Assembly (NCBI GenBank): GCA_046706305.1
Contig: JBJKPQ010000043.1
Location: forward strand, 1-63,725
Source: Bacteroidales bacterium
GTDB taxonomy: Bacteria > Bacteroidota > Bacteroidia > Bacteroidales > VadinHA17
Direction of reading: 5' to 3'
Length of the DNA: 63,725 nucleotides
The notes under the pieces were generated by a model that searched no databases, was not told where the DNA came from, and worked only from the letters and a program-made list of their open reading frames with translations. Of this stretch, positions 30,068 through 40,035 are shown piece after piece; within the stretch, counting starts at the first letter, position 1, and each line of letters starts with the position of its first letter. The position numbers and the translations under genes were made by a program.

Positions 30068-32017
30068 TTATTGCACAGGTGTGATTCTTGCCACCCATCC
30101 TCCGCCGGGAGCAAGATGTATAGTCATTACATCGCCTGAGACAGCTGTTTTTTCATAGTGCTTATAATCGCTGGCATACCTGTCGGCATTTATACCATCG
30201 GCAAAAATATCGAGTTTGTATTTACCTGCAGGCAGAAATGAGAGATCAAGCTTCAGGTCGCGGCTTTTCCAATCGGTTATTGCCCCTACAAACCAGTCGC
30301 TGCCTGAACGGCGCGCCAGCAGTACATAATCCCCGACCTTACCGTCGAGACCGACAATATCATCCCAGACTACCGGTATCTTAACTATATAATCTGTTGT
30401 TTCCTGTTCCTTCATATAATTTGAAGGACTGTCAGCCAGCATTTGCAGCGGACTTTCATAGATAACATACAGGGCTACCTGGTGGGCCCTTGTACCCTGA
30501 CTCTCAGGCCGTGTATAAAGAGGCCTGAAGTTGACACTGTCCATGTTAACCATGGCTCCCGGAGTATAATCCATTGCTCCGGCTACCATCCTGGTATACG
30601 GTAAGGTGGCATCATGATCCGGATTAATATCAGTGCTCCACTTGTCGTTTTCCATACCCTTAACACCTTCACGGGTAAGTGCGTTGGGCCATGTCCTGTT
30701 CAGCCCGTCCGGTTTATACGCACCATGGAAATCGATAAGGAGATGATGCTCTGCGGTTTTCCTTGCAGCTTCATAATAAAAATTCACAACCTTCTGATCA
30801 TCCCTCTGCATGAAATCAACCTTTACTCCCTTTACACCCCACTTTTCATACTGTGCCACTGCTGCATCCATCTTGTCCCAGAACGATTTCCATACAACCC
30901 AGAGAATAACTCCCACATGCTTGCTTTCAGCATACCTGCAAAGCTCCGGAACATCAATTCCGGGAACCTGTGAGAGTACATCACCGAGTTTATACCATCC
31001 CTCATCAAGTATTATGTATTTTATCCCGTTTGCTGATGCAAAATCGATATAATATTTATATGTTTCATTATTAATGCCTGCCCTGAAATCAACGCCGTAT
31101 ACATTATTTGCATTCCACCAGTCCCATGCTACCTGGCCCGGCTCAATCCATTTTGTGTCTTCAATCCTGCCGGGAGCTGCCAGCCGGAAAACTATGTCAT
31201 TTTCAACAAGTTTGATATCCGTAGGGGCTATTGCAAACACCCTCCATGGAAATGTTCTTGACCCTGAGGTCTTTGCGATATAATCTTCGGTATCGGTAAC
31301 AAACAGGTTACGGTCGCCCTGCAATTTTTCCTTTGCAGGATACCTGGCCCAGGTACCCGATAATTTGCCTGAACCTTCTCCCCGCAGCCACATGCCCGGG
31401 TAATCTTCGATGTCTGATTCGGTTATCAATACATCAGCACCGTTAGCTCTGAAGAGTGTAGGCAGACTGGCCAGATGCCTGTTATCTATTGTGTCGAGTG
31501 AAGAATAAATAAATATCCTTTCATTATGCGACATCATACTTGTTTCCTCCGGGAAATAGGAGTATGATCCTTCTGGGAAGAAATAATCCGATATTTCATT
31601 CTTAACTGTTATATCACCCTTATATTCAGTCACAAACCTGTATGCCACACCATCATTATAAGCCCTGAACTGCAAGGTGAAACCCGACCTGAACGATAAC
31701 TCTAGTATATTACAGTTGTTCTTAACCTCTGATCTTTTATTGGGAACAACCGGGTTAATAATCTCATTGAGCGTGCTTGTCCTTGCTTTCCTGACTTTTT
31801 CATTTTCTCCGAGTATCCTTCCATCTTCAAGGATCATCGCAATCCTCGAGGCACCTGCTACTTCTTTGCCATTGTAGACTGCTGTCCAGCTAATGCCAGA
31901 TCCGACATTTACAGTCAGGGTTATCTTATTATCAGGAGAATTAATTTTATAATCTTTTGCAGCAAAAGATGCCACAGCGATTACACAAAAGAAAAAAAGT
32001 AACAATGATCTTTTCAT
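30068..32017 (-). CDS. Glycoside hydrolase family 97 (alpha-glucosidase/alpha-galactosidase), secreted
   Basis: Signal peptide; AWDWW, YIDFA, LDEGW, GVKVDF, TREGVKG, GAMDYTPG, YESPLQMLADSP. Confidence 0.95.
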   Translation of the reverse strand: MKRSLLLFFFCVIAVASFAAKDYKINSPDNKITLTVNVGSGISWTAVYNGKEVAGASRIAMILEDGRILGENEKVRKARTSTLNEIINPVVPNKRSEVKNNCNILELSFRSGFTLQFRAYNDGVAYRFVTEYKGDITVKNEISDYFFPEGSYSYFPEETSMMSHNERIFIYSSLDTIDNRHLASLPTLFRANGADVLITESDIEDYPGMWLRGEGSGKLSGTWARYPAKEKLQGDRNLFVTDTEDYIAKTSGSRTFPWRVFAIAPTDIKLVENDIVFRLAAPGRIEDTKWIEPGQVAWDWWNANNVYGVDFRAGINNETYKYYIDFASANGIKYIILDEGWYKLGDVLSQVPGIDVPELCRYAESKHVGVILWVVWKSFWDKMDAAVAQYEKWGVKGVKVDFMQRDDQKVVNFYYEAARKTAEHHLLIDFHGAYKPDGLNRTWPNALTREGVKGMENDKWSTDINPDHDATLPYTRMVAGAMDYTPGAMVNMDSVNFRPLYTRPESQGTRAHQVALYVIYESPLQMLADSPSNYMKEQETTDYIVKIPVVWDDIVGLDGKVGDYVLLARRSGSDWFVGAITDWKSRDLKLDLSFLPAGKYKLDIFADGINADRYASDYKHYEKTAVSGDVMTIHLAPGGGWVARITPVQ

Positions 32018-32056
32018 TATATTAAAGGTTTAGGTTTTCAGGAGTTAAGAAAGCTC

Positions 32057-32656
32057 TCAGTCTTTTTTCTTTTTCTTTCTTCTTTCAAGCTCATCCCTGA
32101 CATTGGCGGCCCGTTCATAGTCTTCAGTCCTTACCGCCTCATCTATCATCTTGTACAGCTCATCATCCGTATATGAATCGTATTTGCCATTATCGGGGTC
32201 AAGCATGCTCTCTGCCTCATCAGGCTCATTCGTTTCGGTATCTGCCGGATTAAGAGTGATCCCTGCCTTATCAAGTATATCCTCACTTATAAATATCGGA
32301 CACCCGAACCTCAGTGCCAGTGCCACAGCATCGGAAGTACGACTGTCTATAGAATATTCCTTATCACCGTTATTGCATACCAGCCTTGAATAGAAAACTC
32401 CTTCTTCGAGCTTATAAATCATAACTTCGGTCACTGAAATAGTGAACTCATCGGCAAATCTTTTAAAAAGATCGTGAGTCAGTGGCCGGGGAGGTTCAAG
32501 ATTTTCCAGTTTTATAACAATAGCCTGGGCTTCAAAACCACCTATGATAATAGGTATCCGTCTCTCTCCATCTTCTTCGACCAGTATCAATGCATATGCA
32601 CCAGACTGGGTCTGACTGTAGGATATTCCCATTACCTTAAGCTTTATTCTCTTCAT
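32057..32656 (-). CDS. Bifunctional-nuclease (DUF151/BFN) protein with C-terminal UVR domain (ATG at 32656)
   Basis: IPIIIGGFEAQAI, RPLTHDL, DSRTSDAVALALR; C-terminal EDYERAANVRDEL. Confidence 0.9.
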   Translation of the reverse strand: MKRIKLKVMGISYSQTQSGAYALILVEEDGERRIPIIIGGFEAQAIVIKLENLEPPRPLTHDLFKRFADEFTISVTEVMIYKLEEGVFYSRLVCNNGDKEYSIDSRTSDAVALALRFGCPIFISEDILDKAGITLNPADTETNEPDEAESMLDPDNGKYDSYTDDELYKMIDEAVRTEDYERAANVRDELERRKKKKKD

Positions 32657-32904
32657 ATTAATACTCAATACCCCGGATAAATAACCTGTATCATTAATGT
32701 TTCTGACAAATATAAAGATATTAGCAGTATGACTCCGGGTATGTTTGTTCTTTTTTTCAACATGATGTAAAGATAAATACATGATTATTCCCGATCATAC
32801 CAATCAGTTTCAGGACAATTTCAATGCCCGGAACCCTTGTTATGAGTTATAAATTAAAACATTAAAAATTTGATTATACCGGTTTGAAAATTATCATATT
32901 TGAT

Positions 32905-32912
32905 TATCTTTG
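32905..32912 (+). promoter_or_regulatory. -7 promoter element of rplU-rpmA (TATCTTTG)
   Basis: TAnnTTTG followed by CA, 95 nt upstream of rplU. Confidence 0.65.
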
Positions 32913-33007
32913 CAGTCCGAAATTAAAATAAATCCGCAGGGGGCACCGTAAAGTTGTAAGACGTAAGTTCATACACGCCTCACGGAGTAACGTAAAAATA
33001 AATCAAG

Positions 33008-33586
33008 ATGTACGCAATCGTAGAAATTGCAGGCCAGCAGTTTAAAGTAGAAGCAGGCAATAAGATTTTCGTTCATCGCCTTGAGGCTGAAGAAGGTTCA
33101 GGCGTTGAATTTGATAATGTTCTCCTTATTGAAGATAACGGCAAGGTTACCATAGGTGAACCGACTATTAAGGATGCCGTTGTTGAAGGAAAAATACTCG
33201 AGCACATGAGAGGCGATAAGGTTATCGTCTTTAAAAAGAAAAGGAAGAAAGGCTACCGTATTAAAAATGGTCACCGCCAGAACCTGACACATGTGGAGAT
33301 AATTAATGTCTCGGCAAAAGGCGGAACAAAAAAGACAGCAGCTAAAAAAGAGGAGACAAAACCTGTTGAAGCCGCAGTAGCAGCTGAAACTGTAAAGGAA
33401 GAAAAAACTGCAGCTAAAAAGACAGCTGACACAGGTGCTGAGGTAACTGAAAAGAAAGCAGCAAGCACCAGGAAACCGGCTGCCAGGAAGACCGATGAAA
33501 AGAAACCGGCAGAGAAAAAACCTGCTGCAAAGAAGACCACTGCTAAAAAAACGGCTTCAGATAAGCCAAAAGATAAAGAGGAATAG
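33008..33586 (+). CDS. rplU: 50S ribosomal protein bL21 with long Lys/Ala-rich C-terminal extension
   Basis: MYAIVEIAGQQFKV, KVIVFKKKRKKGY..KNGHRQ; about 90 extra low-complexity residues. Confidence 0.97.
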   Translation: MYAIVEIAGQQFKVEAGNKIFVHRLEAEEGSGVEFDNVLLIEDNGKVTIGEPTIKDAVVEGKILEHMRGDKVIVFKKKRKKGYRIKNGHRQNLTHVEIINVSAKGGTKKTAAKKEETKPVEAAVAAETVKEEKTAAKKTADTGAEVTEKKAASTRKPAARKTDEKKPAEKKPAAKKTTAKKTASDKPKDKEE

Positions 33587-33615
33587 TAAGTTAAAGCACT
33601 TAAAAATATATAATT

Positions 33616-33876
33616 ATGGCACATAAGAAAGGAGCAGGTAGTTCACGTAACGGTCGCGAGAGCCACAGTAAAAGACTGGGTGTGAAGCTCTTTGGCGGCC
33701 AGACCGCTAAGGCAGGCAACATTATAGTGCGCCAGAGAGGTACAAAACATAATCCGGGTACTAATGTAGGCCTTGGTAAAGACCATACTCTTTTTGCACT
33801 CACTGATGGTGAAGTTGAGTTCACAAAAAGAAAAGATAACAAGACATACGTATCGGTAAAACCGGTTACAGAGTAA
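33616..33876 (+). CDS. rpmA: 50S ribosomal protein bL27
   Basis: [33 protein letters not shown]. Confidence 0.99.
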   Translation: MAHKKGAGSSRNGRESHSKRLGVKLFGGQTAKAGNIIVRQRGTKHNPGTNVGLGKDHTLFALTDGEVEFTKRKDNKTYVSVKPVTE

Positions 33877-34000
33877 TCTGTTATCCCAAAAGATACCAAC
33901 ACCGAAATTCTTTCTCTTACCGGGAAAGTTTGTCGGGAGTTTTTAATACTTTTACAGCAGGCTTTAACGGGCCTGCTTTTTTATTAAATCAACCTGTAAT

Positions 34001-35275
34001 ATGCTGACTATAAACCTTATACGCGAAAAGAGAGACTTTGTTATCGAACGTCTGAAAATCAAGAATTTTGATGCATCCCAGATTACAGCCAGGATAATAG
34101 AGCTTGATGCCGAACGCCGTGATATACAATCACGCAGTGATAACATGCAGGCAGAGATGAACCGTATATCAAAAGAGATAGGGACTCTTATAAAGACCGG
34201 GAAGAAAGCTGAAGCTGAAGCTGCAAAAGAAAAAACATTTTCTCTCAAAGAGGAGATCAAATCTCTGGCTGACAAGCTAGGCCCTATTGAAAATGAACTC
34301 AGGGAAGAAATTGTCAGGCTGCCCAATCTCCCTAACGAGTTAGTTGCACCCGGTAATAGTGCCGACGATAACGTAAAGGTTAGAGAAGGTGGAATAATAC
34401 CTGTCATCCCTGATCCTGCACTGCCCCACTGGGATCTGATAAAGAAATATGACATCATCGATTTTGACCTGGGTATAAAGTTAACAGGAGCAGGTTTTCC
34501 TGTATATAAGGGCAAAGGAGCAAAATTGCAGCGTGCGCTTATTAACTTCTTCCTTGACGAGGGTGAAAAAGCAGGGTACAGAGAAGTAATGCCTCCTATT
34601 ATGGTTAATGAGGATTCAGGATTCGGTACAGGTCAGCTACCTGATAAAGAAGGACAGATGTACCATGTCGGTCTCGATAATTATTACCTGATACCCACAG
34701 CTGAGGTTCCTGTTACAAATATCTACAGGGATGTTATCCTTAATGCCGCGGACCTGCCTGTAAAAAACATGGCATATACACCATGCTTCAGAAGGGAGGC
34801 CGGTTCCTGGGGTGCTCATGTAAGAGGTCTTAACAGGCTGCACCAGTTCGATAAGGTGGAGATCGTCCAGATAGCTCATCCTGAGCATTCCTATGAGTCA
34901 CTCGAGGATATGGTCAAACATGTTGAAGGGCTTGTGTCAAAACTGGGTCTTCCTTACAGGATAATGAGGCTATGCGGAGGTGATATCTCATTCACATCAG
35001 CCCTAACCTACGATTTCGAGGTTTGGTCCGCCGCGCAGAAAAGATGGCTTGAAGTAAGTTCGACGTCCAATTTTGAATCTTTCCAGGCCAACAGGTTAAA
35101 ATGCAGGTTCAGGGAAAAAGGCGAAAAACAGACAAAACTCGTTCATACTCTTAACGGCAGTGCTCTTGCCCTGCCCAGGATACTGGCCGCAATACTTGAA
35201 AATAACCAGACAGAACAGGGCATAAAGGTTCCGGAAGTGCTGGTTCCTTATACCGGCTTCGATATGGTAAATTAA
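34001..35275 (+). CDS. serS: Serine--tRNA ligase
   Basis: N-terminal coiled coil, LIPTAEVP, FRREAG, RLHQFDKVE, HTLNGSALA. Confidence 0.98.
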   Translation: MLTINLIREKRDFVIERLKIKNFDASQITARIIELDAERRDIQSRSDNMQAEMNRISKEIGTLIKTGKKAEAEAAKEKTFSLKEEIKSLADKLGPIENELREEIVRLPNLPNELVAPGNSADDNVKVREGGIIPVIPDPALPHWDLIKKYDIIDFDLGIKLTGAGFPVYKGKGAKLQRALINFFLDEGEKAGYREVMPPIMVNEDSGFGTGQLPDKEGQMYHVGLDNYYLIPTAEVPVTNIYRDVILNAADLPVKNMAYTPCFRREAGSWGAHVRGLNRLHQFDKVEIVQIAHPEHSYESLEDMVKHVEGLVSKLGLPYRIMRLCGGDISFTSALTYDFEVWSAAQKRWLEVSSTSNFESFQANRLKCRFREKGEKQTKLVHTLNGSALALPRILAAILENNQTEQGIKVPEVLVPYTGFDMVN

Positions 35276-35320
35276 TGGTATATACGAGGCTGTATCAAAA
35301 ATAAAAAGTCCTTAACCATT

Positions 35321-36208
35321 ATGGACAAAGCCCGCAGCTCATATATATATGCCGGACTGGCTGTCTTTTTCTGGTCAACAGTACCAACAGCGTTCAAGAT
35401 AAGCCTGGGGGAAATGGCTATATTGCCGATGCTGACAATAGCTTCCCTGACCTCAGCCGTTGTACTCACGGTTATCGTTATTGCAGGGGGGAAAAAACAT
35501 ATAATACTTGCTTCTACCGGTAAAGAGCTGCTGAGTTCAGCCATCCTGGGATTCATTAATCCCTTCCTGTATTACATCATCCTGCTAAGGGCATACCAGC
35601 TGCTGCCTGCCCAGGTTGCTCAGCCGCTTAACATGATCTGGCCGATTATACTCGTCTTCCTCTCTGTCCCAATATTAAAGCAGAAAATAGCGGGAAAAAG
35701 CTTCATCGCATTGTTCATAAGCTTCATTGGTGTTTATTTCATATCATCACAGGGGCACCCTTTTCATACAACAGTACCCAATCCAGGTGGCGTTATACTG
35801 GCAACAGGCAGCTCAGTCTTCTGGGCTTTCTATTTCATCCTTAATGTAAAGGATAAAAGAGATGAAGGTGTTAAACTTATGCTTAACTTTCTTTTCGGTT
35901 CTGCTTACCTGGTAACTGCAATGACAATAACCGGTCAGTGGCACCTCGTTTCCGGCCTGAAAGGCATTATATCATCGGTATATGTGGGTATATTTGAGAT
36001 GGGAATAACTTTTTTCTTCTGGTTGAAAGCCCTTCAGAGAGCTACAACAACCGACAGGGTAAGTAATCTTGTTTACCTTGCACCATTTATTTCCCTGGTG
36101 TTTATACACTTTATTTTGCATGAACCCGTTTACTATACAACCCCGGCCGGACTTATTTTTATTGTTTCAGGAATACTGATACAAAACAGTAAACCTGCCG
36201 GCACTTAA
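35321..36208 (+). CDS. EamA/DMT-family transporter
   Basis: About 10 hydrophobic segments in two repeats; FWST..TAFK and NPFLYY motifs. Confidence 0.9.
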   Translation: MDKARSSYIYAGLAVFFWSTVPTAFKISLGEMAILPMLTIASLTSAVVLTVIVIAGGKKHIILASTGKELLSSAILGFINPFLYYIILLRAYQLLPAQVAQPLNMIWPIILVFLSVPILKQKIAGKSFIALFISFIGVYFISSQGHPFHTTVPNPGGVILATGSSVFWAFYFILNVKDKRDEGVKLMLNFLFGSAYLVTAMTITGQWHLVSGLKGIISSVYVGIFEMGITFFFWLKALQRATTTDRVSNLVYLAPFISLVFIHFILHEPVYYTTPAGLIFIVSGILIQNSKPAGT

Positions 36209-36327
36209 ATATGTTTTATTGATTAGTTATAATTATATTAACAACGCAGGAACGGCAGACCGGAGATTGATTAAAAAACTTGTCGGCACGAAATCTGCAT
36301 TTCCCTGTAAATAAAATCATTAACAAA

Positions 36328-37635
36328 ATGAAGAAATTAATTTATCTGCCCGTTATATTTCTTATCCTGTTTTCGTCGTGCAAGAAGAGCGAAGTAGCTC
36401 CCGATGTGACAGTAACTGATTCAATGGCAAGAGACAGTCTTTTCTATATAATGAAAGCATGGTATTACTGGTATAATATGCCTGAAGCTGCCAGTATAAC
36501 CACAACTACCAAGAACGATTATCCCGATCCTTATAAATTACTGGAAGCCATGCGCTACAAAACACTTGACAGGTGGAGCTTCGTGGCAGACTATGATCAG
36601 TTCAATGCAGAGATGCAGGGTTCTTTTGTTGGACATGGTTTCAGGATAGGGCTCGATGATTCCGGGAATGCCCGTATAGCAATGATATACGACAACTCTC
36701 CCCTTTATGCATATGGGGTCAGGAGAGGCTGGATAATTAAAAAACTCAATGGCGTTGACCTGGCTCCTATTCTGTTGTCGAACGATTATAATGCATATAA
36801 TAATCTTATCGGACCTAGCGAGGCAGGCGTTACAAACATCTTTGAGTTCACTAAGCCCGACGGGACAGATACAACAATATCTGCCACCAAATCTTCATTT
36901 GTCGTACATACTGTGTTACTATGCGACACTTTGCACCTGACATCAGGAGTGGCAGGGCATCTTGTTTTTGAATCCTTTATTGAACCCTCTGCCAATGAGC
37001 TCGCATCGGCTTTCAGCTATCTTAAAAGCAATGGCGTTACTGATCTTATTCTCGACCTGAGATATAATACAGGAGGATACCTTTATATTGCCCAGGGGCT
37101 GGCAAGCTATATAGCGGGGAGCACATACCAGGGCAGTGTCTTTGCTAAGCTTGATTATAATGATAAGAAACAGGATGCCAACACTACTTACAAGTTTGTC
37201 TCTCTTGCCAATTCACTCGGATTATCGAGAGTGGTTGTTATAACCACAAGGGAAACTGCTTCTGCCAGTGAGGCTGTAATAAACGGTCTCAAGCCCTATG
37301 TGGATGTAGTGACAATAGGTGATACCACCCAGGGCAAGCCAACAGGTATGAACGGATGGTCGGTTGGTAAAAAATACTGGATGTGGCCCGTTACATTTAA
37401 AATTGTCAACTCAAATAATGAAGGTGATTATTTTGCAGGCATACTACCCTACAAAGAAGAAACTGATGATATTACGCACGATTTCAGCGACAGGAGGGAG
37501 TTTTGCCTGAAAGATGCAATCGATTATCTTGAAAACGGATCAATATCAACAAAAAGCTATCGTCCTTTCAAACGTTATCCCCAGTTTTCTGAGAAACCCA
37601 AATGGATGAATAATACTTTTGTAAAAGAAAAATAA
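36328..37635 (+). CDS. S41-family peptidase lipoprotein with PDZ domain (ATG at 36328)
   Basis: Lipobox FSSC; SPLYAYGVRRG (PDZ), ILDLRYNTGG, TASASE, IGDTTQGK. Confidence 0.9.
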   Translation: MKKLIYLPVIFLILFSSCKKSEVAPDVTVTDSMARDSLFYIMKAWYYWYNMPEAASITTTTKNDYPDPYKLLEAMRYKTLDRWSFVADYDQFNAEMQGSFVGHGFRIGLDDSGNARIAMIYDNSPLYAYGVRRGWIIKKLNGVDLAPILLSNDYNAYNNLIGPSEAGVTNIFEFTKPDGTDTTISATKSSFVVHTVLLCDTLHLTSGVAGHLVFESFIEPSANELASAFSYLKSNGVTDLILDLRYNTGGYLYIAQGLASYIAGSTYQGSVFAKLDYNDKKQDANTTYKFVSLANSLGLSRVVVITTRETASASEAVINGLKPYVDVVTIGDTTQGKPTGMNGWSVGKKYWMWPVTFKIVNSNNEGDYFAGILPYKEETDDITHDFSDRREFCLKDAIDYLENGSISTKSYRPFKRYPQFSEKPKWMNNTFVKEK

Positions 37636-37647
37636 TTATCAGAACTA

Positions 37648-38217
37648 TTGAAAACAAAAGCCTCAGAAAGAATAATACTGGGTATCGACCCCGGAACAAA
37701 CGTAACCGGTTATGGTGTTATAAAAGTTGTGGGGAATATGCCTGAACTCATTGCCATAGGGGCAATAGATCTTGCAAAATACCAGGATCATTTTCTGAAG
37801 TTAAAGCATATCTTCGACAGGACAAGCGGCATAATAGATGAATATCATCCGGATGAACTGGCTGTTGAGGCTCCGTTCTATGGCAAGAATGTACAATCGA
37901 TGCTTAAACTGGGAAGGGCCCAGGGAGCTGCCATAGCGGCAGCTCTCTCAAGGTCGCTCCCTGTATTTGAATATGCGCCCAGGAAAATTAAAATGGCCAT
38001 TACCGGACAGGGAGCTGCCTCTAAAGAACAGGTGGCTGCAATGCTGATGAATATTCTTAAATTCAGCCTCGATGATTTCAAGCTTGATGCAACAGATGGC
38101 CTGGCTGCCGCCCTCTGCCATTTCTACCAGACAGGTAATCCTGTAGCAGAAAAAAAATATAACAGCTGGAAGGATTTCATGAATAAAAACCCCGGGAAAA
38201 TAAAAACTGGTAAATAA
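37648..38217 (+). CDS. ruvC: Holliday junction resolvase RuvC
   Basis: [42 protein letters not shown]. Confidence 0.97.
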   Translation: MKTKASERIILGIDPGTNVTGYGVIKVVGNMPELIAIGAIDLAKYQDHFLKLKHIFDRTSGIIDEYHPDELAVEAPFYGKNVQSMLKLGRAQGAAIAAALSRSLPVFEYAPRKIKMAITGQGAASKEQVAAMLMNILKFSLDDFKLDATDGLAAALCHFYQTGNPVAEKKYNSWKDFMNKNPGKIKTGK

Positions 38218-38221
38218 CCTT

Positions 38222-38923
38222 CTATATTACAGCAACCGCCAGCGCGACAACGCTTATTTTCACACCCTTCAGCTTAAGTAACTCCAGGGCACATGATTCG
38301 ATTGTCGAACCTGTTGTTATAACATCATCAACAAGCAGTAAGTGTTTATTATAAAAAGTCTCAGGAAAAGACACACTGAAAATGCCTTCCACATTGGTCC
38401 ACCTGTCATAACGCGAACGGCGCGTCTGTGATGATGAATGGACAAGCCTTACAAGGGAACAGGTTTCCAAAGCGATACCTGTAACTTCCGAGATGCCGGA
38501 AGAGATTATTTCACTCTGGTTGAATCCCCTTCTGCGTTGTTTTTCAGGATGTAAAGGCACTGGTACTATTAGATCTATGTCTTCTGTGAAACCCTCTTTC
38601 TTAAGAGACAATCCGTATATCTTCCCCATCTCGTAACCGATCTCTTTTATCCCCCTGTATTTAAGATTATGAATTATATTCCTTATCCGGCTGCCACGGC
38701 TGTAAAATGAAAATGCAGCGGCCTTTTCGATATAGCATCTCCCCCAGAAAAGCTGTTCAACAGGATTTCCGGGCATTGTATGATATCCTGTCCGTGGCAT
38801 TGACACAAAACAGTCCGTACAGATCAGGCTCTCATTTCTCATCAGGTGATTTCCACAACCATGGCAGATACGAGGAAAAAGGAGACTGATAAAATCGTCC
38901 CAGATATCATACAGGTAATTCAT
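38222..38923 (-). CDS. comF: ComF-family protein (zinc ribbon plus PRTase domain)
   Basis: CHGC...CTDC, PVPLH...RRGFNQS, LLVDDVITTGST. Confidence 0.9.
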   Translation of the reverse strand: MNYLYDIWDDFISLLFPRICHGCGNHLMRNESLICTDCFVSMPRTGYHTMPGNPVEQLFWGRCYIEKAAAFSFYSRGSRIRNIIHNLKYRGIKEIGYEMGKIYGLSLKKEGFTEDIDLIVPVPLHPEKQRRRGFNQSEIISSGISEVTGIALETCSLVRLVHSSSQTRRSRYDRWTNVEGIFSVSFPETFYNKHLLLVDDVITTGSTIESCALELLKLKGVKISVVALAVAVI

Positions 38924-38988
38924 GCAGCGATATGAATTATTACTGTAAAGATATTAAATATTCAGTAAATGAATCTTTGCCGGGAAGT

Positions 38989-39387
38989 CTACAGTTTCAC
39001 CCTGCTGCTGATATTGCCGGCAATTTCCTTGAACTCTCCGGGAGAGAGGCTGAGTTTTGGTTTTTTGAAATTAATGTCATCCATCGAATCCATAGGGACA
39101 AGATGAATATGTGCATGAGGTACTTCAAGCCCGATAACGGCAATCCCTATCCGGTTACAGGGGATAACACTTTTTATTGCCGCCGCCACTTTCTTCGAGA
39201 AGAGGATCATCCGCGATATTTTATCATCTGACAGATCAAAAATATAATCTGTTTCTTCTTTCGGAACCACAAGGGTATGGCCTTTCCTCAGCGGATTAAT
39301 GTCGAGAAAGGCAAAAAAATCCTCATCCTCTGCAATCTTATAACAGGGGATCTCTCCTTGTATGATTTTTGTGAAGATGGTTGCCAT
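38989..39387 (-). CDS. HIT-family nucleotide hydrolase (ATG at 39387)
   Basis: IFTKIIQGEIP, AFLDINP..GHTLVVPK, histidine triad HAHIH. Confidence 0.95.
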   Translation of the reverse strand: MATIFTKIIQGEIPCYKIAEDEDFFAFLDINPLRKGHTLVVPKEETDYIFDLSDDKISRMILFSKKVAAAIKSVIPCNRIGIAVIGLEVPHAHIHLVPMDSMDDINFKKPKLSLSPGEFKEIAGNISSRVKL

Positions 39388-39406
39388 GATCAGCAGAATA
39401 AATTTT

Positions 39407-39880
39407 TTACAATGAAATAGCAATTATCTCGAATGGGATAACACCGGAAGGCACCTTAATTTCCGCTACATCCCCTACCTTACGTCCAATCAGGCCCTTT
39501 GCTATAGGAGAATTAACCGCTATTTTACCCTGTTTAAGGTTAGCTTCGCTTTCAGGTACAAGCTGGTACTCCATCACAGAATTGTTAAGTTTATTCCTGA
39601 TCTTCACCTTGTTAAGGATCTGGACAGATGTTGTATCTATCTTCGATTCATCAATTATTCTTGAACGTGCAATAGTATCTTCAAGCTTGGAAATCTTAAG
39701 TTCAAGCATGCCCTGTGCCTCCTTGGCAGCAGAATATTCCGCATTCTCAGAAAGGTCGCCTTTATCCCTTGCCTCAGCAATCTGCTTTGATATCGAAGGC
39801 CTCTCAATATTCCTGAGTTGATCGAGTTCCTCTTTCAACTTTTGGAGACCGTCCTCTGTCACATATATAACCTCTGACAT
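39407..39880 (-). CDS. greA: Transcription elongation factor GreA (ATG at 39880)
   Basis: AEARDKGDLSENAEY, SPIAKGLIG. Confidence 0.97.
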   Translation of the reverse strand: MSEVIYVTEDGLQKLKEELDQLRNIERPSISKQIAEARDKGDLSENAEYSAAKEAQGMLELKISKLEDTIARSRIIDESKIDTTSVQILNKVKIRNKLNNSVMEYQLVPESEANLKQGKIAVNSPIAKGLIGRKVGDVAEIKVPSGVIPFEIIAISL

Positions 39881-39896
39881 TTCTTCTCTAATATTT

Positions 39897-39947
39897 AAAA
39901 AACAAGAAGAATCCCGGGTATTCCGGAACTCTTCATGAGCAAATGTA
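39897..39947 (-). promoter_or_regulatory. greA -7 promoter element followed immediately by an intrinsic-terminator hairpin
   Basis: Minus strand: TACATTTG (39947-39940), then GAAGAGTTCCGG-AATAC-CCGGGATTCTTC (12-bp stem with 2 GU pairs) and TTGTTTTTT. Confidence 0.65.
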
Positions 39948-40035
39948 GAAAATAATTTCATTAATTACAAATAATTGTTTCTCAAAAGAGGTGTTTCACA
40001 ATTATTTATAGAACAAAGATTTAGATTTTCACCAT

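Noticed and set aside
32657-32782. N-terminal extensions in the ORF track (BFN protein here; also folA, greA, HIT, tig and the S41 peptidase)
   Set aside because: Downstream ATGs match the family N-termini; the extensions run through promoter or intergenic DNA
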